A stretch of 64,000 nt of DNA from Gemmatimonadales bacterium (lineage in GTDB: Bacteria; Gemmatimonadota; Gemmatimonadetes; Gemmatimonadales; GWC2-71-9): contig OZ252244.1 of the NCBI GenBank assembly GCA_965249575.1, positions 1,088,001-1,152,000 of the forward strand, given 5' to 3'. Positions within the stretch are counted from its first letter, which is position 1, and each line of letters opens with the position of its first letter. Below are positions 39,356-48,456 of this stretch, in pieces. A model generated the notes under the pieces. That model had not been told where the DNA came from. It did no database searches and worked only from the letters and a program-made list of their open reading frames with translations. The position numbers and the translations under genes are program-made.

Positions 39356-39622
39356 CTACCCCTCCTGCCGCTCGAGCCAGTCGGTCACCGCCGCTTCACA
39401 TTCATCTCGGAGGTTGTCGGTGGGCTCCGCACCGCCTTCAGCTAGCGGCTCGAGCAGCATGAGCAGTACCTGTTCCAGCTGCCGGCGCTCCGCGTCTGGG
39501 TAATCCTTCCAGAGATCATCCACCAAGCCCATGATCCGGAGGGTAGGCGGGAACCCCATCTTGACGAACTTGTCCGGAAGCTTCCTCGCTAGAGCACGGT
39601 CTCGGTCACTCACGCTTGCCAT
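39356..39622 (-). CDS. Unknown ~90-aa helical protein, paralog 1
   Basis: Similar to the ORFs at 51935-52204 and 62830-63102. Confidence 0.75.
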   Translation of the reverse strand: MASVSDRDRALARKLPDKFVKMGFPPTLRIMGLVDDLWKDYPDAERRQLEQVLLMLLEPLAEGGAEPTDNLRDECEAAVTDWLERQEG

Positions 39623-39728
39623 GCATCAAGAATACCGGTAATGACATCATCCGGAAGTGCGACCGTCTGGTGCGATTGGGAATCCAATGTTCGGAAACGC
39701 CTACCATACCCCTGGAGGAGGCTTCGGC

Positions 39729-40742
39729 ATGACCGTGCAAGGTCGTGACCGCGACGGCTCTAGCGTTCTCACTGTTGCCGCCGTCGGAGCGTTGTCAACC
39801 ATCCTGATGTTCACGCCCAGCGGAGCGAGCGTCGCCCAATTCCCGCCGGACAGCCTCATGAACCTGCAGGTGCTCCCAGAGGGTATCGAGACCCGAGCGC
39901 TGATCAACACGATGCGCGGCTTCGCATCGGGGCTCGGCGTTCGCTGTCCGTTCTGTCACGTCGGCGAAGAAGGCCAGCCACTGTCTACCTTCGACTTCCC
40001 GAGCGATGAAAGGCCGACGAAGCGCAAGGCGCGCGAGATGCTGCGCATGGTTCAGCGTATCAACACCGAGTTCCTGGCCAACCTCGACGATCGCTCCGAT
40101 CCTCCGATCGAGGTGACGTGTGGGACGTGTCATCACGGCCAGTCACGCCCTCAAACCCTCGAAAGCGTCCTGGTCCAGGCCCACGAGGCCGGAGGTCTCG
40201 ACACCGCAGTAGCGCGATATCGGGTGCTGAGGGACCGGTACTACGGCAGCTCCACCTTCGACTTCAGCGAGCCCACGCTCCGGCGCGTCGCCGAACGCCT
40301 CGAGGATCAGGGGGGCATGGACGATGCGCTCGTCATCCTGGAGCTGAACGCAGAGATGTTCCCTGCCTCGGTGAGGGCGAAACAAAACCTCGTACTCTCC
40401 TCGCTTTGGCGGCGGATCACCGAGCAGAGCGTAGAGGCAGGGATCGCACACTACCACGAGCTCAAGGCGGAGTTCCCCGATCCGGTATTCGCCGCCGATT
40501 TGCTCAACGTGTTGGGTTACCGCCTTCTCGGTAGCCGGCGCGCGCCTGAGGCAATAGCCATCTTCCAGCTCAACGTCGAGATGTTCCCTGGGGACTGGAA
40601 CGTGTACGACAGCCTCGGGGAGGCGTTCATGGGGAGCGGTGACCGCGCGCGCTCCATCCGCAACGAAGCGTGTTGGCCACGCTACGGCGAACGAACTGGC
40701 GGATCTACGGCCCCGGCGGCGCCGCCGATCTGCTCGGCGTGA
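39729..40742 (+). CDS. Di-heme c-type cytochrome (reaction-centre cytochrome c family-like) with TPR, 3'-truncated
   Basis: signal peptide; NLQVLP, GLGVRCPFCH, K..AREM, VTCGTCHHG, LNVLGY, NVYDSLGEA; GGAGGAGG RBS. Confidence 0.82.
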   Translation: MTVQGRDRDGSSVLTVAAVGALSTILMFTPSGASVAQFPPDSLMNLQVLPEGIETRALINTMRGFASGLGVRCPFCHVGEEGQPLSTFDFPSDERPTKRKAREMLRMVQRINTEFLANLDDRSDPPIEVTCGTCHHGQSRPQTLESVLVQAHEAGGLDTAVARYRVLRDRYYGSSTFDFSEPTLRRVAERLEDQGGMDDALVILELNAEMFPASVRAKQNLVLSSLWRRITEQSVEAGIAHYHELKAEFPDPVFAADLLNVLGYRLLGSRRAPEAIAIFQLNVEMFPGDWNVYDSLGEAFMGSGDRARSIRNEACWPRYGERTGGSTAPAAPPICSA

Positions 40743-40804
40743 AGCCGACGACCCTGTCTTCGCGCGTCAGAAAGATGGGGCTCGAGCGACCACGCCCCAA
40801 GTAG
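40673..40804 (+). pseudogene. Fis-type HTH tail of a sigma54 activator (FhlA-like remnant)
   Basis: LRRTNWRIYGPGGAADLLGVKPTTLSSRVRKMGL. Confidence 0.75.
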
Positions 40805-41163
40805 CAACCTCAAAACAACTCTTGCCGGAGATACCGACCCTCGCTGAACCCGCGCGTTCACCAGTGACTTGACGCCAATACTCCAAGGGTCGGTCAACTT
40901 CCATTGCGCCCGTCCGAGTTCTGGGGCAAGTGGCAGGTTGAGGGAAACGTCGTACGCATTCAGGGCACAAAGACCCTACATGCTGATCGCGTGATTCCCC
41001 TGCTCTACCCCGTTGCGGAGCCCGAGCTCACGACCCCCACCGCGGGGGTTAGTGACTCGTAAAAAAGGGTCTGGTTGGCCCCCGGGGGGGTTAAGTGATT
41101 CGCAAAAAAGAGGTCGCGGTCATAAACCTGTTGGAATGAGCTGGCCTAGCCGGAAACGAAACG

Positions 41164-41192
41164 GCCCCGAACGCCACTCGGACGTTCGGGGC
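41164..41192. terminator. Stem-loop
   Basis: GCCCCGAACG-N9-CGTTCGGGGC; T-rich tail on the minus strand. Confidence 0.55.
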
Positions 41193-41269
41193 TCGTCAGT
41201 ATTTGATGCGTCCTTCGTGCCGCGGCGTGCCTCGAGCCGCTGTCGAGCGATACTCAGTGACTCACGGTG

Positions 41270-41382
41270 CAATGACGCGCGGGCGCGGCCCCGAGGGCAC
41301 TCTTGACGACCTCTTCCTGGGCGGTCGCCGTGAAGGGGAGCAGCCAGTAGGCGGCCACGAGGGTGAAGGCTGCACGTCGCAT
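41270..41382 (-). pseudogene. 5' fragment of a secreted protein
   Basis: AGGAGG RBS; MRRAAFTLVAAYWLLPFTATAQEEVVKSALGAAPAS, then loses coherence. Confidence 0.5.
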
Positions 41383-41682
41383 GGGACCTCCTGGGAGGGG
41401 TTCGGTAGAGACAATGCCGGGCGGGACCGGGGTTGTCGAAGTGGAGAGATGGGCGGCGGAGTAGGACCGGGAGTCCCTTCGATCAGCTCAGCCCGCCGGA
41501 CTCTATCTCCAAGTCAACTACTCTCGCCCTCTCCGAAGTCTATGCGCAGCTGTTCAGTGACCTACGCCACCACAGTCCGCTCACACCGGTCCTACTGCGC
41601 GGCCGGCTTGCTTTGCTGCCAGGGAGTCGCTCTTCGCCCGTGCGGACGATACAATGGTCGAGGCTCCTTCTCGTTGCCGAGG

Positions 41683-42888
41683 ATGCACGTGAGTAACGCA
41701 GGAATCACCGGCGATTTCAACTCCGCCGCCTTGTGGGCCGGATTGACCGCCTTCGTCTGGTATGCGTTCGGAGCGGTTCCACTACACATCGCGGTCTCGG
41801 AGCAGCTAGGGTTGGCTACCGAACAAACATCGAGCTGGATCTTCATCGTGTGGGTCGGTGGAGCAGTATCGTCCATCGCGATGTCGCTGTACTTCAGGCA
41901 ACCAATCCCCATCACCTGGTCCATCCCTGGTCTCATCTATCTCGGCACGCTTGCCGGCCGGTTCAGCTTCGCAGAGATCGTTGGCGCAAACCTCATAGCT
42001 GGTGTGCTGCTACTGGTCCTCGGGGCGGTGGGCATCGGTGGACGGATCATGAAGTGGCTCCCACTGCCAGTGGTCATGGGGATGTTCGGCGGGAGCATCA
42101 TGGTATACATCACGCGCATGGTGACCGCGACGGTGGAGGACGTTTCCGTGGCAGGGACGGCGGTGGCGTGTTATCTGCTCGGGCGGTTCCTCAGAAGCCC
42201 ACGCATCCCCCCGGTGGCCTTGGCGGTGATCGGCGGGGGGATCGCCGTGGGCGTGTCCGGTGTCGTTCATCCGGAACCGGTCGCCTGGAATCTCCCAGCT
42301 CTTGCGGTCCCACCCATGGACTTTTCGCTGTCGGCAGTCGTGGCGGTGAGCGTCCCGATGGTTGTGCTGGCCATGGGACTCGGCAACGTGCAGGGTCTCG
42401 GGTTCCTCCTCGCTCAACACTACAGGGTGCCGGTCAACGGCATCTCCACCGTGGTCGGCGTCAATTCTGTCTTGAACGCTCTGCTCGGGGGACACCCCGC
42501 GACGGTGGCGCGAACCGGAGTGGCGATTCTTGCCTCGCCGGATGCCGGCCCGCCCGGCGGACGGTACTGGGCGGTGGTGATCGCTGCGTCCTTGACGATC
42601 GTCATGGCACTGGCCGCCACCCCAGTCGCCTCGCTGCTCAACGTGCTGCCGAGGACTTACATCGTCGTGGTCGCGGGACTTGCCATTCTCTCATCCTTTC
42701 AGGATGCGCTCGAGAAGGCATTCACCGGCAAACTGCGTTTTGGCTCGCTCGTGGCGTTCGCGGTCGCCGCAACACCATTCGCCTTTCTGGGCATCACGTC
42801 CGCGTTCTGGTCGGTGGTCGTTGGGCTGGCCGCGGCGCTCTTATTGGAGCGAGAGCAGCTACTGGGGCACTGGAGAGGCGAACTCTAG
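41683..42888 (+). CDS. BenE-family benzoate/H+ symporter-like transporter
   Basis: SSWI, YFRQPI..TWSIPG, GNVQG..L...Y.VP, F.GI.SAFW; about 11-12 TM segments. Confidence 0.85.
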   Translation: MHVSNAGITGDFNSAALWAGLTAFVWYAFGAVPLHIAVSEQLGLATEQTSSWIFIVWVGGAVSSIAMSLYFRQPIPITWSIPGLIYLGTLAGRFSFAEIVGANLIAGVLLLVLGAVGIGGRIMKWLPLPVVMGMFGGSIMVYITRMVTATVEDVSVAGTAVACYLLGRFLRSPRIPPVALAVIGGGIAVGVSGVVHPEPVAWNLPALAVPPMDFSLSAVVAVSVPMVVLAMGLGNVQGLGFLLAQHYRVPVNGISTVVGVNSVLNALLGGHPATVARTGVAILASPDAGPPGGRYWAVVIAASLTIVMALAATPVASLLNVLPRTYIVVVAGLAILSSFQDALEKAFTGKLRFGSLVAFAVAATPFAFLGITSAFWSVVVGLAAALLLEREQLLGHWRGEL

Positions 42889-43085
42889 CGAAACCGAGTA
42901 TGACGATGGCGGGGCGGTTTGACAGGAGGGTGAGAGGCCGTCGGGGTGGCCGATCCCCCGACCGCGTGTCACGCCACACGGTGCTCCGCAGCCGCTCCAC
43001 CAGCTTCCCGCGCGACGGCCAGCACTATCCGGTCGGCGACAGCTGATAACACCACGCTTCGCCCTCTAACACGACCTCTCCGTCG

Positions 43086-43535
43086 TTGTGGGGTCTAAAC
43101 GTCAACCTCGAACAGCGTCTCGTCGGTACAATCGTCTACCGGGGCGTCGCCTCTGTCGATTTCCTCGCACCGGGTATGGCGTTCGCTCCAACCCTCGTGG
43201 CATTTGGCGCAGACGTAGGGCTACGCAGCGACGGGCACGGCCTCCGGACCCTGGTGGCGCTTGGTGCCGGCGTGGCCTATTTCGCCAACGAACGCAGCAT
43301 CGAGGTCGTCTGCCAAAATCCGCAGTCGTGCTCGGAGATTACTAGGGGGTACGAGCCCGGGTTCGTGCTGACCGCTACCGGCACGCTCGGACTTGGAGTC
43401 CGGGTGAGTCAAGCAGTTGGCGTCTTCACTGACCTGCGCGTGTTCGCTCCATCCGGTTGGGGGGCAAATGGAGCGGCAGACGATCCGCATGCTGCGTTTG
43501 TGCGGATCGGATTTGGGCTCACGGTAGGCCTGTAG
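43086..43535 (+). CDS. Outer-membrane beta-barrel-like protein, 5' part uncertain
   Basis: Alternating beta-strand pattern ending FVRIGFGLTVGL; no signal peptide in frame. Confidence 0.45.
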   Translation: MWGLNVNLEQRLVGTIVYRGVASVDFLAPGMAFAPTLVAFGADVGLRSDGHGLRTLVALGAGVAYFANERSIEVVCQNPQSCSEITRGYEPGFVLTATGTLGLGVRVSQAVGVFTDLRVFAPSGWGANGAADDPHAAFVRIGFGLTVGL

Positions 43536-44054
43536 ACGCCGCTATGAAGCACCTGTCAGGTAGGGCCACGGCGTTTGGGACCGATATGGCGCCCCGCGAA
43601 AAATGGGGGAGCGCCTGGCGACGCTCCCCCATCCTTGAGGGTGAAGGCGAGGGTACAGGCCCACCTTCACCAGAGAGAACGGAGATGGGCGCGAGAAGGT
43701 TGCAGCGGACCTGGGGGGCGCTGGTGTAAGGTTCAAACCATCAGCGGGGAACCTTCGGGGGGAGAGTATCTGCAAATGCGTTTCACACGCCGTAGAGGGG
43801 CATCGGCGGGAAGCTAGCAAGGGGACGGTGGACCCAGGAGGACCGGGAAGCCTCCTATTTGCGGGTGCCGCCCCCTCGCGCACCCAGAGTGAAGACGGGT
43901 GCAGCGCCCGCCTTCAGCGGGCCGTTTAAGCGGCTTTGGGGAGACGGTGGGACGAAGGTGGCCTCGGCACGTGCGTCGGGAGCCTCGGACATGGCGGACG
44001 TCACGTCACTGCGTTCGGCGACTAGTCGTCTATCAAACTCCCCGGTGCTGTCCT

Positions 44055-44633
44055 TCACCCCGACCGCGCCTCGGCGAAGGTGGCCTGCTCGGGAATCCGG
44101 TCAGGAGGTAGACCCGAGGCGGCTTCCAGCCGCCCGGTGAAGTTGAAGAGCGAGGCGAGAGCCGTGATCTCCCAGATGGCTTCGTCGTCCCAGCCCCCCG
44201 CCTTCAACGCCGCGACATCCTCCTCACCTACCAGGGCGGGCGTCTCCGTCAGCTTGCTCGCGTACCGCAGCAGAGCCCTGGTCCCGGTGTCCAGATCGTA
44301 CTCGGGCCATTCGGTCGCGAATGCGTGACTGAGATGTTCATCCCCAGTGAGACGGCGAACTGCCGCCGAATGGAGTCCCAGTCATGGAGCGCCGCCGACC
44401 TTCCCGTTGACCACGGTGGCCAGCATCTCGCGTTGGAGTCGGCTGAGGGGAGATTTTCGGCGCAGGTGAAGATACTGGTAGAGGGAGCCCACCATCGCGG
44501 CGACTGTCAGGTCTACCGCGAGGATCTGAAACACGCCTGGCACGACCCCACCGTATCGGCCGCGAGCCCAGCGGAAGAAGAGTCTACGGATTCCCGTGGC
44601 TCGCTCTGGCACGACCGTCATGATGTTCGCCAT
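44055..44633 (-). CDS. AhpD/carboxymuconolactone decarboxylase-like protein with an in-frame TGA (probable selenocysteine at codon 84)
   Basis: GGAGG RBS; LSRLQREMLATVVN..GGAP-TGA-LGLH..ALLRYASKLT.TP..V.EED...LK..GWDDE.I.EI......FNFTGRL continues in the same frame. Confidence 0.82.
44342..44381 (-). promoter_or_regulatory. SECIS-like hairpin
   Basis: After the TGA: CTCCA..CGGCG-GCAGTT-CGCCG..TGGGG, with the apical-loop G 19 nt downstream. Confidence 0.55.
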
Positions 44634-44932
44634 GTCGTTCCTCCGTTCGGAATCGGGCCCCTGCCGAGGATGAGGTGTTCCTACTGAGTAGTTGTGCGGC
44701 AACCGGCTCATGCAGTCGCTCGAGCAGATCGGCCATGCGACTGCTCCGGTTTGCAGAGATCGCTAAGGTAGAACGTGGGGCGGGCGACAGCCAGAGTCGC
44801 TGAACGCCCTACAGGGGAGAGCCCTATTCCCGTTTTCCTACTCCCAGCATGCACAGCGCCCGACCGCAGGGGGCCGGGCGCTCTATTCGTGGTGCTACTA
44901 CTGTCAACAGGAGGGTCCCAACGAACCCTATT

Positions 44933-45379
44933 TCAATGTAACCCTGCGCAACCGTCACTCTCAATGCAAGAGACGAAGAGCAACAGAAACAATGGCCCCA
45001 GTATCCCGACGATCAGGCCAGCCGCCTTGTAGGGGTCGGCATGTCTTCTCTCCACGAACACAGAGCTCACGTCAGCCAAGGCAATGGAGCGGGGTTCACC
45101 TTCGACATATGCATGGATCGTATCGTGGTGGACCCACGACGAATCATGCTGCAACTCCCATTTGCGGCCAACTCGAACCCCTCGTTCGTCGAATCGGACA
45201 ACTTCCCCCTCAGGGGTCGTGACGCCCAAGATCCGCTCGCGTTCTGGATTGCGCGTGATGCTGGAGGGTTCGGGGTCTTCGTAGCGGTACCACGAATGGC
45301 ACGCCGTCACCTGGACCGTGAGCGTCACGAGCACGACCACGGACACGCAGCGTCGGAGCACAGACTGGCGGGAACGCAT
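44933..45379 (-). CDS. Hypothetical lipoprotein with a C-terminal TM segment
   Basis: VTAC lipobox; TGATG coupling with the upstream gene. Confidence 0.7.
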   Translation of the reverse strand: MRSRQSVLRRCVSVVVLVTLTVQVTACHSWYRYEDPEPSSITRNPERERILGVTTPEGEVVRFDERGVRVGRKWELQHDSSWVHHDTIHAYVEGEPRSIALADVSSVFVERRHADPYKAAGLIVGILGPLFLLLFVSCIESDGCAGLH

Positions 45380-46134
45380 CAGAACCTCACCGACGCCCCG
45401 AGAGCGACGCGGCCGTCGCGTTGCGGTGTGATCCCCACGCGGAGGCGGTCGAGGGGAACTTGTTGCCACTGGTCATCAGGGATCAGCGCCCCGAGGATCC
45501 CGCCGACCAGCAGGCCGCCGAAGAAACCGCCGCCGATAATGAAAGGAGCGAACTCCCGTGACAAGTCGCCACTGGGGGAGTCGTCCGCTGTAAGGATACC
45601 CAATGCGCCGAGCCCTCCCCCCACCAGCGCCCCTATGCCAGCGCCCTTGCTCCAGTTTGACTGCTTCCCCCGGCTGACTTCGAGTCGGGTCACCTGCTCG
45701 ACGGCGACCGGTGTAGTCCCGACAACAAGGACGTCCGCGTCGAGCCTCGTCAAGATCCCCACGTGGCTCTCGAGTCCCACGCTTGGGGCGGTGACGCGTA
45801 CCCGCGCACCAAGTGGGGCTACGGCATCGACGAACGCGAACCTCGCCACCCAGTCCAGGGGAAGACGCAACGGATCGGCCTGTCCCGCAACGTCCAAGAG
45901 GAGCGTGTCCGGGCTCACTGAGACCACCGTTCCCGAGACTTCGCGGATCGGTCCATATACGGGGACGGTCAGGACCGCAACGCACAGAATCCGCCCGCTT
46001 TCAATGCTCCTCCTGCATGGGTACTTGAGGAAGGCGCGCACCCGCGCGCCGGGCACGAGGCCCGCTTCTTGGGCAGCAGCCGTCTGGAGTGGCAACGCGA
46101 CGAGCACGGCGAGAATCGGGATGAGGCGGCGCAT
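45379..46134 (-). CDS. Secreted glycine-zipper protein
   Basis: GGAGG RBS; signal AAAQ; duplicated GARVR module; GAGIGALVGGGLG, GLLVGGILGA. Confidence 0.75.
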   Translation of the reverse strand: MRRLIPILAVLVALPLQTAAAQEAGLVPGARVRAFLKYPCRRSIESGRILCVAVLTVPVYGPIREVSGTVVSVSPDTLLLDVAGQADPLRLPLDWVARFAFVDAVAPLGARVRVTAPSVGLESHVGILTRLDADVLVVGTTPVAVEQVTRLEVSRGKQSNWSKGAGIGALVGGGLGALGILTADDSPSGDLSREFAPFIIGGGFFGGLLVGGILGALIPDDQWQQVPLDRLRVGITPQRDGRVALGASVRF

Positions 46135-46389
46135 GGGTTCCTCCCTGACAAGATGCGCGGAACCTGCACGCTCGGGCGTCAAGCGGGCGTCAAGCAGGAC
46201 GGTCAGAGGGCAACACGTTCTGCAGCGAGCCCGGGTCCTTCCCAGAGGCTTGAACGCAGGTCTCGCGCGAGGGCGGCATTTGCTTAGTGACAGCGTTGCA
46301 GTGAGCCGGTTCCGCTGCCCAGGAGTTGGACCGCGCACAGCCGGTTGAGCGTGTCAGATTAGGCGTTTTTCGGAGGCAATCGCAGCACA

Positions 46390-46914
46390 ATGGTCAAAAG
46401 TGTCGCAAAATCGAAGGAGGAACCCCTCTGGACGCTGGATGAGTTCGGCGAGCGGTTGGGGTGGAAGCTGCCCTACGTCACCGGGGGCGAGCTGCTGACC
46501 GAGCAGGAGTTGAGCGTGCGCCTGAACCTCTCAACGCGCCAGATTCGTGAGCTGGCGCGCCGTGGGTTACCGCGCACACGCGTGGGTGGCGCGTGGCGCT
46601 ATCCCGAACTGGACTGCTATCACTGGTGGGGCGTCTACACCGTGCACACGGAGCGATACCGTCGCGGCCAGGGTGAACCTGTGCGCGCCCTGACGCTCGA
46701 TGAGGCGCGTGCCCAGCTCATGGACCTGACGATCGAGGCCTACCCGGAGCGGTTCGTGCGAGTGCCGCGGCGACTGGCGGAGTTATCTCAGAAGCTCGAG
46801 GGCGAGTGGCCGGAGGTGGTGGTGATCCCGCGGCGCCTCGCTGATGGGATTCTGGACGAGCTCGAGCGGCGGCTCGGCCGACGGAGAACGCGGACGAAGG
46901 CTCGGTCTCGGTAG
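46390..46914 (+). CDS. Winged-HTH protein, Nu1 small-terminase/excisionase-like
   Basis: GGAGG RBS; LTEQELS.RLNLSTRQIR.L..RGLP......RY....Y.WW. Confidence 0.6.
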   Translation: MVKSVAKSKEEPLWTLDEFGERLGWKLPYVTGGELLTEQELSVRLNLSTRQIRELARRGLPRTRVGGAWRYPELDCYHWWGVYTVHTERYRRGQGEPVRALTLDEARAQLMDLTIEAYPERFVRVPRRLAELSQKLEGEWPEVVVIPRRLADGILDELERRLGRRRTRTKARSR

Positions 46915-46920
46915 CGATGG

Positions 46921-47008
46921 CGCTGGCCGATCGGATCCGGGACGCGATCAGCGTAGGGTTTGATCTCGGCGTGCTGGACGACCCACCGGACGAAGAGGCG
47001 GCGTGAGG
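46921..47008 (+). repeat. Direct repeat, copy 1 (88 bp)
   Basis: 69/88 identities with 48321-48408 by manual ungapped alignment. Confidence 0.85.
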
Positions 47009-47022
47009 CAGTAGCTCGACTA

Positions 47023-47369
47023 CTAACTCAGGCGGAGAAGAGTACGCAGTTCCGCGATCAACGCCGCCATCTTGTCAGGTGAGAGCTTGCCGATTTTTCG
47101 ACCAACGGTTCGACGGTCGACAGCTGTGACCTGGAATACCAATAGCACGGAGGGCACCGATAGCCCGTTTACCGAATCTGGGTCAACCCGAATCGTGTGA
47201 GCGAATCTCTGAAGGGCGGCAAGCTTGCCGGTAAGCGGCACAACGACCACTGTGCGGAGCGCCTCGGTGGTTTCCGTGGTTCTGAACTACTACCGCGGGG
47301 CGCGTGCCAGCTTGAGCGGACCCCTCGCGGCGGGCCTAGTTCTACCGAGACGACATCGCCAAAGATCAC
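47023..47369 (-). pseudogene. mazF: PemK/MazF toxin with two +1 frameshifts
   Basis: GDVVSVELGP / GSAQAGTRPAVVVQ / TVVVVPLT..NGL..S.L.FQ.TAVD..R.G.KIG.L in three frames. Confidence 0.82.
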
Positions 47370-47534
47370 CGGATTCTCAAGTTCAGCTTCCACTATTTGC
47401 CACGCCCTCGCCCCCGTCTTCTTCGCGTTCGGCGCTTGTCGCGAGATAGTGTTTGATCTCACGACCGACTAGTACCGTACCCTCAACCGAGAAGACATAG
47501 TGGGTTACCGGCGGGCTGAGACCAACTCTCAGGA

Positions 47535-48119
47535 TCAGTCACGGCGCCCGTGGACCCATAGGAAGGCGGTCTCCCACATCTCATGGACGAGCTTGCGCTT
47601 TGGGAGCAGGGAGTCAGCTTGCTGGTCGTCGGCCGGGATCACGAATCGCAAGCCCCCCCCCAACACCGGCCTTCCGAATCGCTCCAGTTGTTGTGGGGGT
47701 TGCTGCAATCTCTCCTCCCACAGGTACTTAAACGCATGCTCGCCCTGCGCAACGTAGAGCGACCGAATCGTACAGTCTCGAGCCACGACCTGCGTCCGTG
47801 CCGGCCAGACGGCCGAAAATGCCGCACAAACCAGGCCAGCATCCTCCTGGAACAGCTGAAGTGGGCGATTGGGATGGGCCGCCACAATAAGAAGTTGTCC
47901 CAGTGGCTGCTGCGCCTCCCCCACCTGGACGCGGAGAGAAGTCGGCTCGCGTCTCTGGAGTCGCATGGCGTTGCCGCGAACCTGGACATCCGTGAACTCA
48001 ATTCCCTCTCGGGCAAGTTGAGACTGGAATCCTCGCACCTTGTTGCCGTCAACAATCGGCCGCGGTGCGAGGATGTAGTTCACCCCAAAGTGCAGCGATT
48101 GCTTCGTTTCTGGTCTCAT
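47535..48119 (-). CDS. Hypothetical protein (TIGR04255-like), possibly truncated
   Basis: GAGGAG RBS; coherent ORF upstream of mazF; family call tentative. Confidence 0.5.
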   Translation of the reverse strand: MRPETKQSLHFGVNYILAPRPIVDGNKVRGFQSQLAREGIEFTDVQVRGNAMRLQRREPTSLRVQVGEAQQPLGQLLIVAAHPNRPLQLFQEDAGLVCAAFSAVWPARTQVVARDCTIRSLYVAQGEHAFKYLWEERLQQPPQQLERFGRPVLGGGLRFVIPADDQQADSLLPKRKLVHEMWETAFLWVHGRRD

Positions 48120-48320
48120 AGGGTCGGCAAACCTAACTCCTCTTGCTGGCGGCCGGCAATAGTCCCCTGAAAGTTACTTGCGATCACTTTGAGAGTTCCC
48201 CGGACCGCCCCGCCGTCTCGACGAACCCCGCCCTCGTCAGCCACCGGGCGACGCTCCTGGTCACGCCCGGGAAGTTCGCGGCGCAGTTGGGCGCGAGCCA
48301 CACGCCCGCGGAGCTGCGGT

Positions 48321-48408
48321 CGCTCGCGAACCGGATCCGGGACGCGATCTCAGAAGGATTTGATCTCAGGGTGCTGGATCAGGCGCCGGACGAGGAAGCG
48401 GCATGAGG
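48321..48408 (+). repeat. Direct repeat, copy 2; 3' end of a gene fragment
   Basis: Encodes LANRIRDAISEGFDLRVLDQAPDEEAA*. Confidence 0.85.
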
Positions 48409-48456
48409 TGCAGTCCAGACGTTTGATCTTCCCCGATCGGGAATACCCCAAATGCC

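Noticed and set aside
39729..40742. Evidence for photosynthesis
   Set aside because: Only two heme motifs plus TPR; no puf or bch genes
46390..46914. Intact prophage
   Set aside because: No large terminase, capsid or integrase in the window
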